Below are positions 8,902 through 18,354 of a stretch of 64,000 nucleotides of DNA, piece after piece. Numbering within the stretch: position 1 is the stretch's first letter; each line of letters opens with the position of its first letter. Both the position numbers and the translations under genes were made by a program. Below the pieces are notes generated by a model that saw only the letters and a program-made list of their open reading frames with translations, was not told the origin of the DNA and made no database searches. Origin of the DNA: Dehalococcoidia bacterium (GTDB lineage Bacteria > Chloroflexota > Dehalococcoidia > Lucifugimonadales > SAR202-VII-2); contig OZ253584.1 in the NCBI GenBank assembly GCA_965263165.1, positions 1,013,785 through 1,077,784 on the forward strand. Reading direction: 5' to 3'.

Positions 8902-11085
8902 TTACGGAGACTGCCACGCGGCCGCCGCCTGCCGCCAGTCCAGTGAATCGTACATTGTGGGGTCGCTCTTGCGGCGGGGCTGAACGTCGAGAAGCATACC
9001 GCAGTTGGGGCAGGAAACCTCGCGCAGGATGAACAGGTCCACCCAGCCGAAGACGTTCCACCGGCTATAGGAATCGATGGGCACTTCTCGAAGATGGCCC
9101 TGCCGCCGAAAGTCCTCCGTGGCCGGCCCCAGGCGATGATGACAGCGCTGGCAATGCCAGGCGGGCGCGCCGTTGTCGGGGAACAGGCTCACAGCATCGC
9201 CCAAGGAAAGAATCGGAGTGATGTCCGTTCCGTCCGGCGACGCGATCGCGGGCGCGTCGCCGGGGCGCCGCTCGCAGCGCAGAGCGTCCCGAAGCGACGC
9301 CGTCTCATCAGCATCGATTGTCTTGCTCTGCGGGTCGATGACGACGCCGTAAACGGCGCGGCAGGCCTCAAGGGAGCAGGCGTCGGTGAGGTAGTCGGAG
9401 AGCACGCGCTGGGGGTCGCGCTCCAGGGGGTCGCCATAGCCAGCGCCGCCGGTCTGCACGGCCACGTAGACGTCCCCGCTGCTCAGCCTGACGACCTCCC
9501 GGGACTTGATGACGCGATCGCTGCGGGATGCGAGCTGCTCGTAGGCGTAGGGATAGTTCCCGGAGGCCATCTGTTCATAGACATCTGCGCCGCGAAGGAG
9601 GAAGCTGGGCTGTGCGGGTGCCGGCAAGCCTCCATAGAGCCCGCGGGCCTCCGGATAGGCTGAACACCCGGCCAGGTTGAGGAGTTGCATGCGGCTTCTG
9701 CCGCGGTGGGGCGTGAGCGCTTGCTCTGTGCCCAGCCCGCCCCGGAACTTGCCCGGGCCGCCCGTGTCGGACGTGTGCTTGCGATAGAGGTACAGCACCG
9801 GATAGAGGCGCTCGTAGACCTCTATATTGCCCAGGGCCATCATGGGCCCTCCGGGCAAGTGAACGGAGTCGGGGCCGTCGCGGAAGCTGAGAGCGCCGCC
9901 ACCACCGGCCTCGTCGATGAGGGTGATGGCGTAGGTCTCGCCTCTCCGGTTGAGGCCGGAGACCACGGGGCGCTTGGTGGAGGGGACCCAGTTTGCCTGA
10001 GCCTCGTCACGGTAGCGCTCGGTGGCTGCGAACATCTTGCTGACAGCGGTGGACACCAGGCTCTGGGCCAACGCCCCGACGGCCGTTGCCCCCTGCCCCA
10101 CGCCTGCGGGGTGCAGAGCGTGCACGATGGTGGCCGGCTTGGAAAGGACATCCACGTTGCGGAAGAAGGCGGCCGGGGCCCAGGGAAGATCGTAGCAAAG
10201 CTCCGTGAGGATGGATGCGATGGCGCACCCTTCCAGCAGGCTGCGCGTGGCGTTCACCATTGCCGGGGCCTGGTTGCTAGAGTCCCGGAAGTCCAGCGTC
10301 AGGCGATCCCCCTCCTTGGTGGCCACGAGCCTGACCCGGTACAACCTGCGGTAGTCCAGGAAGCCTTCCTGCCGCCAGGTCCCGTCCGGCAGCTCCCGCA
10401 GGCGGCGGGCGAAGGCCTCCTGGGCCAGGTCAAGGATCTGTTCCTGGACCTCCATGAACGTGTCCTTGCCGTACTGCTGGATGATTTCGCGCATGCGGGT
10501 GCGGGTGCGAGTGATGGCCGCCAGACGGCCTCGCATATCCAGCCCGTTGAACGCTGGGGTGCGGCTATTGCGCACGATCGCTTCTTCGATGTCGTTTCGG
10601 ACAACGCCGCGCTCAACGACCTTGACCGGCGGGATCAGGGGCGCTTCGCCGTAGATGTCCTTGGCCTGAGCGCCGTACCCGCCGGCAAGAGGGCCGCCGA
10701 CGTCCATCTCGTGGAGGGATACGCCGGTCCAGGCGACGATGTCGTCCTCCCAGAAGATGGGAGCGACCATGACGGTGTCGTTCTGGTGGGTCGCGCCTGC
10801 CCACGGGTCGTTGGTGTAGAAGATGTCGCCGTCGAAGATGCCGGGGTTTTCGGCGAACCGTTCGAGGACGTACTTGACCGTGACGTCGAAGCTCAGGGAC
10901 AGGGCCATGACGTAATGACCCACGGCCAGGGCCTCGCCGGAGGGCGTGATGATTGAAGAGTTGACGTCGTAGGCTTCATACACCGTCGGGGAGCCGGACG
11001 TGCGCACGGTGACCCCGATCTGCTCGTCGTTGATAGCCTGAAGCCGGTGACGAAGGACCTGCAACGTGACCGCATCGACAGCCAT
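8902..11085 (-). CDS. Hydantoinase B/oxoprolinase family subunit fused to a C-terminal acetone-carboxylase-gamma-like Zn domain
   Basis: NDPWAGATHQND and HEMDVGG metal motifs, TGGPGKFRGGLG, GGAGYGDPLER; extra C-terminal WHCQRCHH...LREVSCPNCG. Confidence 0.88.
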   Translation of the reverse strand: MAVDAVTLQVLRHRLQAINDEQIGVTVRTSGSPTVYEAYDVNSSIITPSGEALAVGHYVMALSLSFDVTVKYVLERFAENPGIFDGDIFYTNDPWAGATHQNDTVMVAPIFWEDDIVAWTGVSLHEMDVGGPLAGGYGAQAKDIYGEAPLIPPVKVVERGVVRNDIEEAIVRNSRTPAFNGLDMRGRLAAITRTRTRMREIIQQYGKDTFMEVQEQILDLAQEAFARRLRELPDGTWRQEGFLDYRRLYRVRLVATKEGDRLTLDFRDSSNQAPAMVNATRSLLEGCAIASILTELCYDLPWAPAAFFRNVDVLSKPATIVHALHPAGVGQGATAVGALAQSLVSTAVSKMFAATERYRDEAQANWVPSTKRPVVSGLNRRGETYAITLIDEAGGGGALSFRDGPDSVHLPGGPMMALGNIEVYERLYPVLYLYRKHTSDTGGPGKFRGGLGTEQALTPHRGRSRMQLLNLAGCSAYPEARGLYGGLPAPAQPSFLLRGADVYEQMASGNYPYAYEQLASRSDRVIKSREVVRLSSGDVYVAVQTGGAGYGDPLERDPQRVLSDYLTDACSLEACRAVYGVVIDPQSKTIDADETASLRDALRCERRPGDAPAIASPDGTDITPILSLGDAVSLFPDNGAPAWHCQRCHHRLGPATEDFRRQGHLREVPIDSYSRWNVFGWVDLFILREVSCPNCGMLLDVQPRRKSDPTMYDSLDWRQAAAAWQSP

Positions 11086-11094
11086 AGCCGCCTC

Positions 11095-13209
11095 CTAAAG
11101 ATCGACGCGAATGGCGCCGAAGGCGTCAACTTCGCCCTGTGCGCCGTTGGGAATGACAATGGTGTCGCCCGTGCGCTCGATGATGCACGGGCCCTTGAGA
11201 ACGTTGCCGTACCGCAACCTGCCGCCGTCGTAGACGTCTGCGGGAACGAAGCGGCCCAACGACGGGAAGTAGGCGTCTCGAACGCCCTCGAGCGCCGCGG
11301 TGGCGTCGGCGTTGGGTTGCCCGGCGGCCTGGCCCCTAGGCGGCGTCGCCGGCGAGGCCGCGCCGTCCACCCGGACCTTGACCACTTCCACCCCAACCTG
11401 GCTAAACCCGGAGCCCTGGCCGTAGATGTCCTCATACTGCCGTTCGAAGCGCTCCTGAAGGGCCGCGGCCTCCTCCGCCGAGACCTGCCCGCTGACGACG
11501 AGGGGCAACTCGTGGACTTGGAGACGGTATTTCATGAAGAGAGACCGCGTTATCCGCACGCGGTCTTCCGACCAGCCCTCCCTTGCGAACTGCTCCAAGA
11601 CCTGCCGCTCCAGGCTGGCGATGAGGCCGTTCAATGCGTTGCGGTCATTCTGGGTGAAGGGAGCGATCGCTATGAACGAGTGCTCCAGCGTGTGGATGAC
11701 GTCTCCTCGGACCATGCCCAGGGCTGAGAACACACTGGAGGCCTCGGGGACGTAGAGACTCTTGACGTGGAGGTCCTGGGCCAGGAAGGGGATGTGGATG
11801 CCGCTGGCGCCACCGTAGGCCAGCAGGGAGAACTCGCGGGGGTCGTGGCCGCTTTCGATGGTGAGCTTGCTGATCATGTCGGCCATGCGGGCGTTGACGA
11901 TGGTGAAAGCGCCCACGGCCATCTCCTCCATCGTCATTCCGACCTCGCGGCCGACGCGGCTCAACGCCTGCTCCGCTTTGGACTTGTCCAGGGATATCGC
12001 GCCGCCCAGCACTTGCGCGGGATTGAGATAGCCCAAGACGAGGTCGACGTCTGTGACCGTGGCTTCCTCCCCTCCCAGGCCATAGGCGGCCGGGCCGGGC
12101 CGGGCGCCGGCGCTTTCAGGGCCGACTTTGGGAACACCCGTTGCGTCTACGGAGACGATGCTTCCGCCTCCGGCGCCGATGGACTTGATGGCGACTTTGG
12201 GGCAATAGAAGGTGTACTTGTCCACCGCCGGAACCGTCTCCAGCAGCAGCTCGCCCTTGAGCAGCAGGCTCACGTCGAAGGAGGTGCCACCCATGTCGAC
12301 GCAGATGAGGTTGCCCTCGCCGTAGTTGTTGGAGAAGAGACGCCCGCCTATGGCCCCGCCGACCGGCCCCGAGTCGAGGGTCAGCAGCGGGTTCTGACAG
12401 GCATCGGGAACGCTGGTGAGGCCGCCCCGGCAGGTCATCATGAGCAGCCCGCCGGTAAGACCGTTCTCGCTGAGCCGCTCCTCGAGGCGCTGGGCGTACC
12501 GGGCCACTGCGGGGCCCAGGTAGGCGGTGAGAACCGCGCTCACCGTGCGCTCATACTCGCCGAGGACCGGGGCCACCTCGTGAGAAGAGGCGACGTAGAG
12601 GTTGGGGTAGGCCTCGGCTATGAGCCGGCGGGTGCGTTGCTCGTGCTCAGGGCGGGTGAACGACCAGAGGTAGGAGACGGCCAGGGATTCTGCGCCCTCC
12701 TGGCTGACCAGTTCCTGCGCGGCGGCGGCAACACCGGCTTCGTCCAGGGGACACAGCACCTCGCCCAGCGCGTCCACCCGTTCGGCCACGCCGCGAATGA
12801 GGGCGTGAGGCACGACGGGAGGCTCGGCCTTGAAGAGGCGGGACTGGTGGGCCACCTCTTCGGGCATAAGGCCGGCGCGCTTCTGCATGACGCGGCCTAT
12901 GAAGATGGTGTCCTCGAAGCCGCTGGTGGTGATCAGGCCGGTCCGAGCGCCCTTGCGCTCGAGCAGGGCGTTGGTGCCGACGGTGCAGCCGTGAATGAAT
13001 CCGGTGGTGTTCGAGAGAAGGGTCCGGAGGGGGATTCCGAGATGCTCGGACGAGGCTGCCAGCGCGTTCATGACCCCCAGCGACTGGTCTTCAGGGGTGT
13101 TGGGGCTCTTGGCCACGCTGGCGACGCGGCCGTCGGCCTCAAGGACGACACAATCGACGAATGTGCCGCCGATGTCGACGCCGATGCGATAGGGTCCATC
13201 TTCGGGCAT
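11095..13209 (-). CDS. Hydantoinase A/oxoprolinase family ATP-binding subunit
   Basis: IGVDIGGTFVD, HGCTVGTNALLE, DMGGTSFDV, SIGAGGGS, GPESAGARPGPAAY, YGGASG. Confidence 0.93.
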   Translation of the reverse strand: MPEDGPYRIGVDIGGTFVDCVVLEADGRVASVAKSPNTPEDQSLGVMNALAASSEHLGIPLRTLLSNTTGFIHGCTVGTNALLERKGARTGLITTSGFEDTIFIGRVMQKRAGLMPEEVAHQSRLFKAEPPVVPHALIRGVAERVDALGEVLCPLDEAGVAAAAQELVSQEGAESLAVSYLWSFTRPEHEQRTRRLIAEAYPNLYVASSHEVAPVLGEYERTVSAVLTAYLGPAVARYAQRLEERLSENGLTGGLLMMTCRGGLTSVPDACQNPLLTLDSGPVGGAIGGRLFSNNYGEGNLICVDMGGTSFDVSLLLKGELLLETVPAVDKYTFYCPKVAIKSIGAGGGSIVSVDATGVPKVGPESAGARPGPAAYGLGGEEATVTDVDLVLGYLNPAQVLGGAISLDKSKAEQALSRVGREVGMTMEEMAVGAFTIVNARMADMISKLTIESGHDPREFSLLAYGGASGIHIPFLAQDLHVKSLYVPEASSVFSALGMVRGDVIHTLEHSFIAIAPFTQNDRNALNGLIASLERQVLEQFAREGWSEDRVRITRSLFMKYRLQVHELPLVVSGQVSAEEAAALQERFERQYEDIYGQGSGFSQVGVEVVKVRVDGAASPATPPRGQAAGQPNADATAALEGVRDAYFPSLGRFVPADVYDGGRLRYGNVLKGPCIIERTGDTIVIPNGAQGEVDAFGAIRVDL

Positions 13210-13428
13210 CAAGTCCTCCGTGGCGTTGCCTGCGGCCCCAGGCGCTTGGGAGTGAGACCGTAGGTATCCTGGCCTTTCAGGCGAAAGCCGGAAGCCGGAA
13301 AGCGTTCATTCATTTCATGCGCAAGGCGAAACGCCATACGGCCTCCGAGCGGCGGCGTAGAAACACGGCACCAACCCCGGCCACGTTCACGCTTGCGCCG
13401 CAAGCGGCGGGCGAACTGGAAGCGGAGG

Positions 13429-15210
13429 CTAGCTGGGCTTCGCGTCGTCCGATGCAGCGCCCGCAGGGACGGCGACCTCCCGCATCGCCCTGCGCAGGTC
13501 GCGGGTTGCGTCCTCGACAATCTGGAGGGTGTCCGGGTCTATGACCACGCCATAGTCGCGATGCGCTCCCTCAACCGAGAGCAGTTCATCCAGGACATCT
13601 TCGCGCACCATCGCCGGGTCGCGCTCCAGAGGGTCGCCCCAGCCGCCGCCGCCGCCGCGGGTTGTCCGGATCCCGTCATCATCGCCTAGCCAGCGTTCAA
13701 TGGACTCGCCGCCGCCAAGGTGCTCGGACTGGCCGTCGTTATAGAGGATGTCCGCCTCGTTGGGTATACCCTGAACGCCACCGCAGAGAGGCGGAGCGGG
13801 ATATTTTCCTCCCCAGACCATGTAGTTGACCAGGGCCGTGTGGTCAAGAATCTTGATGACGGTGCGCGTGCCGGGGCCACCCCGCCACTTGCCGGGCCCA
13901 CAGGAGTCGGTCATGAACTCGCGCTGCTCCACGCGGTGCGGATACTGAATCTCGTGCATCTCCGCCGTGGTGTAGGCCATGCCGCCCCGCATACCAGAGC
14001 CGCCGCCCCAGCCGTCCAGCCCGTACGTGCCGCCCGGTCCGGCGTGCATGGTCACGAACGGTAATGCCACGTAGCGGTCGCCGGAGCGGGGGTCTGTGCC
14101 GGAAATGACGCCGGTGACCCTGGTGTCCCAGGGGTGGCCGACCTTCTCCGGCAGGGCTTGGGATAACGCCAGAGTGACTGCCTGGGCGATCTCGGCGCCT
14201 GGGTGGAGCGTGCAGAAACCGGTGGGCGAGGCGTCGGTGGGATTGACGAGGGTGCCCTCCGGCAGGATCATCTGGACCGGCCGGAAGATGCCGTCGTTCT
14301 TGGGGATTGACTCGTCGAGAACGCTGGACAGAGCCAAGAAGGCGTAGCTCAGTGAATTACCTGCACCGCTGTTGGCGAACCCCGTTGTCTGGGGGTCTGT
14401 GCCGCTGAAGTCCATCTTCAGCTTGCCGTTGCCGATGGTGATGTCAACCTGGATCTTCAGGTCCCACTGGTAGAAGCCGTCCGAGTCCATGAATGCGACG
14501 CCGGTATAGACGCCAGCCGGCCAGGACGCCACTTCAGCAGTGAACAACCTCTCGGCGTAGTCGAGGGAGTACTCCGAGGCTTCCTTGACTGCCTCGATGC
14601 CGTACTTGGCGATGAGGCCGCGGATGCGCTTCTCCGCCACGCGGCATGAAGCGATCATGGCGCTGACGTCGCCGATGGTCCATGCCTTGAACCGGGTGTT
14701 GCGCACCACCCAGTCAAAGCGGTCCTGCTTGAGTTGCCCGCGGTCGTAGAGCTTGAAGGGAGGGTAGCGAACGCCCTCTTCGAAGATCTCGGTGGCGGCT
14801 GGGTACATGCCGCCGGGCCGTGCGCCGCCTCCCGTGCCGTCGGGCAGATGAGACCGGACAGAAACGATGAACGCCACGGCGCCATCGTGGAACACGGGCA
14901 GGGCGATGGTGGTGTCGCCTAGGTGGGAGCCGCCGGAGTAGGGGTCGTTATTGATGAACAAGTCGCCGTCGTTCACGTCTCCAGGGAACGCATCGAGGAC
15001 GGCCCTCACCGAATGCTTTATCGCAGCCATGAGCACCGGCGAGCCGAGGCCCTGGGCAATGGCGCGACTCTGTGGGTCCAGGATGGCCGTGGAGAAATCG
15101 CGGCACTCGTTGGCGATGGGCGACCGGCTGGTGCGCTCCATGGAGACGGTCATCTCCAGCGCCGCTGTGTCCAGCGCGTTGCGGATAATCTCTCTGGTGA
15201 TGGTGTCCAT
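13429..15210 (-). CDS. Hydantoinase B/oxoprolinase family subunit
   Basis: MDTITREIIRNAL, NNDPYSGGSHLGD, HLPDGTGG, SCGPGKWRGGPG, GGGGGWGDPLER. Confidence 0.92.
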   Translation of the reverse strand: MDTITREIIRNALDTAALEMTVSMERTSRSPIANECRDFSTAILDPQSRAIAQGLGSPVLMAAIKHSVRAVLDAFPGDVNDGDLFINNDPYSGGSHLGDTTIALPVFHDGAVAFIVSVRSHLPDGTGGGARPGGMYPAATEIFEEGVRYPPFKLYDRGQLKQDRFDWVVRNTRFKAWTIGDVSAMIASCRVAEKRIRGLIAKYGIEAVKEASEYSLDYAERLFTAEVASWPAGVYTGVAFMDSDGFYQWDLKIQVDITIGNGKLKMDFSGTDPQTTGFANSGAGNSLSYAFLALSSVLDESIPKNDGIFRPVQMILPEGTLVNPTDASPTGFCTLHPGAEIAQAVTLALSQALPEKVGHPWDTRVTGVISGTDPRSGDRYVALPFVTMHAGPGGTYGLDGWGGGSGMRGGMAYTTAEMHEIQYPHRVEQREFMTDSCGPGKWRGGPGTRTVIKILDHTALVNYMVWGGKYPAPPLCGGVQGIPNEADILYNDGQSEHLGGGESIERWLGDDDGIRTTRGGGGGWGDPLERDPAMVREDVLDELLSVEGAHRDYGVVIDPDTLQIVEDATRDLRRAMREVAVPAGAASDDAKPS

Positions 15211-15329
15211 TGCCACGGTTCCACCTCCCTGGCTGCTGCAGTCCCTACGATACCATACGAAACGAGGCCCCGAAGCACTACGGCGGAGAGCGGGCGGCCC
15301 GCCCCTGTACACGCCATCTCGCATGGGCG

Positions 15330-16202
15330 TCAGATCTGCGCGTTGACTTCCTGCCTCCACCTAATGACGCGGCGTTCTGCAAAGAGCACGGCCCAGTTGA
15401 ACACGAAGCCAATGACTCCGAAGACGACGATGATGAAGTAGACCTCCGTGGTGGCCAGCGTCTGCTGCGCCCGGGCCATCGAAAAGCCGAGACCATCCTG
15501 CGCCCCGACCAACTCTACGGCCACCAGCAAGATCAGAGAAATGGCCGCGGCGTAGCGGGCGCCCGTGAAGGCATAGGGGAGCATGGAGTAGAACACGACT
15601 TTGGTGAGGATGTCCCTCTGGCCCCGGCCGTAGACCTTCATCACCCGGATGAACAGCGGGTCCACGTTCCGCACGCCGGCGTGGGTGTTGATGTAGATGG
15701 AGAAGAAGCAGGCATACCCAATGATGGCGACCTTGGCCATCTCTCCAAAGCCGAACCAGATGATGGCGATGGGGATGAGGGCCAAGGCTGGAATGGGGCG
15801 CAACAGTTCAATGAACGAGCCGGCGGTGTCGTCCGCGGCTTTCCACCAAGCGGCGATCATGCCTATCGGGACGGCAACGACGATTGCGGCGAAGTAGCCG
15901 ATCAATGCCCGCCGGATGCTCACCAACCCATGCTGCCACAGCGGGTCCTGCGTTGGAGAGTCTATGGTGAGGGCGTGCCATCCGGCAGTCAACACCGAGC
16001 TGTAGGGAACGTCGAAGTTGAAGCCTATTGGCCTGGGGACGATGTAGCTCGTGTCCTTGACCACAGCCACGATCTGCCATACGACCAGCAGTACGGCGAT
16101 GGTGAAGAAGGTCCGGAATAGGCGGGAATGGTAGAGGGCGAGGACCACGCCGATTCCAGGAACAGCGCCAAAGGCGGCGCGAGTATTTGTCGGTGCGCTC
16201 AT
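15330..16202 (-). CDS. ABC transporter permease (NitT/TauT/SsuC type)
   Basis: Hydrophobic helices; LRPIPALALIP and EAA-like loop VRNVDPLFIRVMKVYG. Confidence 0.9.
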   Translation of the reverse strand: MSAPTNTRAAFGAVPGIGVVLALYHSRLFRTFFTIAVLLVVWQIVAVVKDTSYIVPRPIGFNFDVPYSSVLTAGWHALTIDSPTQDPLWQHGLVSIRRALIGYFAAIVVAVPIGMIAAWWKAADDTAGSFIELLRPIPALALIPIAIIWFGFGEMAKVAIIGYACFFSIYINTHAGVRNVDPLFIRVMKVYGRGQRDILTKVVFYSMLPYAFTGARYAAAISLILLVAVELVGAQDGLGFSMARAQQTLATTEVYFIIVVFGVIGFVFNWAVLFAERRVIRWRQEVNAQI

Positions 16203-16218
16203 AAAAGGCTACGCTTCT

Positions 16219-16989
16219 TCATACATTGAGGGCTTTCACAGCCTCGTCCCGCACCAGGTTCCAGAGCTCCGTCTCCAACTCGGCGAACCGCGCCGCCGCT
16301 TCTACGCTGCGGATGCTTCTGGGTCTGGGAACGTCGATGTCAACGATGGCCTTGACCACGCCCGGACGAGCTGTGAGCACCACCACGCGGTCCGCCAAGA
16401 GGACGGCCTCATCGATGCTGTGGGTCACGAAGAGCACGGTTTTCCTGTCGCGCTCCCAGATCCGCAGCAGCTCCTCCTGAAGCAGGGAGCGGGTCTGCGC
16501 GTCCAGGGCGCCGAACGGCTCGTCCATCAGCAGCACCTCCGGGTCGATGGCCAAGGCCCTGGCCAATCCGACGCGCTGCTGCATGCCTCCCGAAAGCTGG
16601 TGGGGATAGACCCGTTCGAACCCCGTCAGGTTGAGCATGTCGATGTGCTGCTGGGCAATGCGCTCGGCCTCTCCCTTTGGTGTGCCGATGGCTTCCAGGC
16701 CCAGGGTGATGTTGCGCATCACGGAGAACCAGGGCAACAGGGCGGCCTGCTGGAACACATAGCCGATGTGCTTCTTCCTGCCGCCATCGGCCGTGCGGTG
16801 GAGCTTGACTTCCCCGCCGGCGGGGGTGAGCAGGTCGGCCAGCACGGAGAGCATGGTGGTCTTGCCGCAGCCGCTTGGCCCCAGGATGACCACGAACTCC
16901 TGTTGCTCCACGGTCAGGCTGACATCCTTCAGGGCGACGAGGTCTCCGAACTTGACGCTCAGATTCGTTATTTCGATAGCGATGGACAT
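16219..16989 (-). CDS. ABC transporter ATP-binding protein (NitT/TauT/SsuB type)
   Basis: Walker A GPSGCGKT, signature LSGGMQQR, Walker B LLMDEPFGALD, H-loop FVTH. Confidence 0.95.
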   Translation of the reverse strand: MSIAIEITNLSVKFGDLVALKDVSLTVEQQEFVVILGPSGCGKTTMLSVLADLLTPAGGEVKLHRTADGGRKKHIGYVFQQAALLPWFSVMRNITLGLEAIGTPKGEAERIAQQHIDMLNLTGFERVYPHQLSGGMQQRVGLARALAIDPEVLLMDEPFGALDAQTRSLLQEELLRIWERDRKTVLFVTHSIDEAVLLADRVVVLTARPGVVKAIVDIDVPRPRSIRSVEAAARFAELETELWNLVRDEAVKALNV

Positions 16990-17131
16990 GCTTGCCGGTC
17001 TCCGAAAACGCTCACCGCTCAGCCTTCGGGCACCCGAAAGGCGCTCGAAGGCTGAACGGTTTCTCATAGGCGTTGCTGTGGCTGGGCAACCGCCGTTTGG
17101 GCGAGCGGCGCGTCGGCCATGGCGCCAGAGC

Positions 17132-18202
17132 CTACGGGTTGACGATCTCCAGGTTGCGCACGAAACGCATGTCGAACAGGTCTTCGTCCGGAAGCGGAGG
17201 CGTCGTCAGACTTCCTGCTTGGTTCAACAGGTCCTGCGTTCGCAGCAACTGTCCCGTCGGGAACCGGCCGTTGAGGCTGCCCGGGGCAAGAAGGGCCTTG
17301 TTGATGAGTTCCACGTCCGTGTTGGTATACTCGGCAATGATCTCCCTCACCCGCGGGCGGTTCTCTTCCTTCCAACCCCAGTACTGAGCGTTGATGGTGG
17401 CCGTGACGAACCGCTTCAACTCCTCGGACTTGTCGGCGATGGTCTGTTCCAGCGCCAGACCCGGGGACGCCAGCACGATGTCGTCCATGCCAAGGGCGTC
17501 CTCGAATGTCCAGACGACGTTGAGGGGCTCGCCGAACTCCTCCATGCTGGCCTCGTTACCGAGACTGAAGAAGGGCTCGATGAAGATACCAACGTCGGCG
17601 CGCCCGGTCACAAGGCCTGGATAGGCTTCCTGGAACGGCAGCCCCACGAGATCCACATCGTCGAGCAGCCCATTGCTGTCCAGGTAGGTGTGGGCCACCG
17701 TCCAAGCGAACGACCCCTCGGCGAACATGTTCACGGTCCTGCCGCGGACATCGTCCAACGATGAGATGCCGGACTCGGACGTCGGCAGGGAGGCGTACCA
17801 GTTGTTGTAGTCTTCCCTGGTGTTGTGGCCCGCCATGATCAGCTTAACCGGCTGACCCTGGGGCCTTCCCAGCATCGGCGTGGTTATGGCGCCCAGGATG
17901 GCGTCTACTTCCCCGGCCAGAAGCACTGTGTTTAGGTCGCCAAAGCCGCCCACAAAGATGAACTCGACGTCGAGACCCTCGCGGTCGTAGAAGCCTTCGG
18001 CCTGAGCCACGAAGGGGCCCCACTCCGTGCTCACGAAGGAGAGCAGGCCGTATTTCATGGACAGCCGCTCCTTGGTGGGGGTGGGCTGCGGTCCGGACGG
18101 CTCCTTGGGGGCCGGCGTGGCGGTGGGGTCGCTGCTGCAAGCCGCCACCAGGAGCACGGCAACCAATCCCAGAATCAGAGCTGCGAGCCTTTCGTGCTTC
18201 AT
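17132..18202 (-). CDS. ABC substrate-binding lipoprotein (NMT1/SsuA/THI5-like)
   Basis: Lipobox LVAAC, short Pro/Thr linker, AQAEGFYDREGLDVEF motif. Confidence 0.88.
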   Translation of the reverse strand: MKHERLAALILGLVAVLLVAACSSDPTATPAPKEPSGPQPTPTKERLSMKYGLLSFVSTEWGPFVAQAEGFYDREGLDVEFIFVGGFGDLNTVLLAGEVDAILGAITTPMLGRPQGQPVKLIMAGHNTREDYNNWYASLPTSESGISSLDDVRGRTVNMFAEGSFAWTVAHTYLDSNGLLDDVDLVGLPFQEAYPGLVTGRADVGIFIEPFFSLGNEASMEEFGEPLNVVWTFEDALGMDDIVLASPGLALEQTIADKSEELKRFVTATINAQYWGWKEENRPRVREIIAEYTNTDVELINKALLAPGSLNGRFPTGQLLRTQDLLNQAGSLTTPPLPDEDLFDMRFVRNLEIVNP

Positions 18203-18354
18203 GGATACCTCACGATGCTGTGGATTTCGACGCGGAGCGCGTTGCCAGCGAAACTGTTGGGTACACAATACCACATTCGCCAACCCTGCAACGTTGGGTG
18301 GCAGATGCGCCGGCGCTCCGCCCCTGGCGCGGGCAGAAATCGCCGCACGATGGT

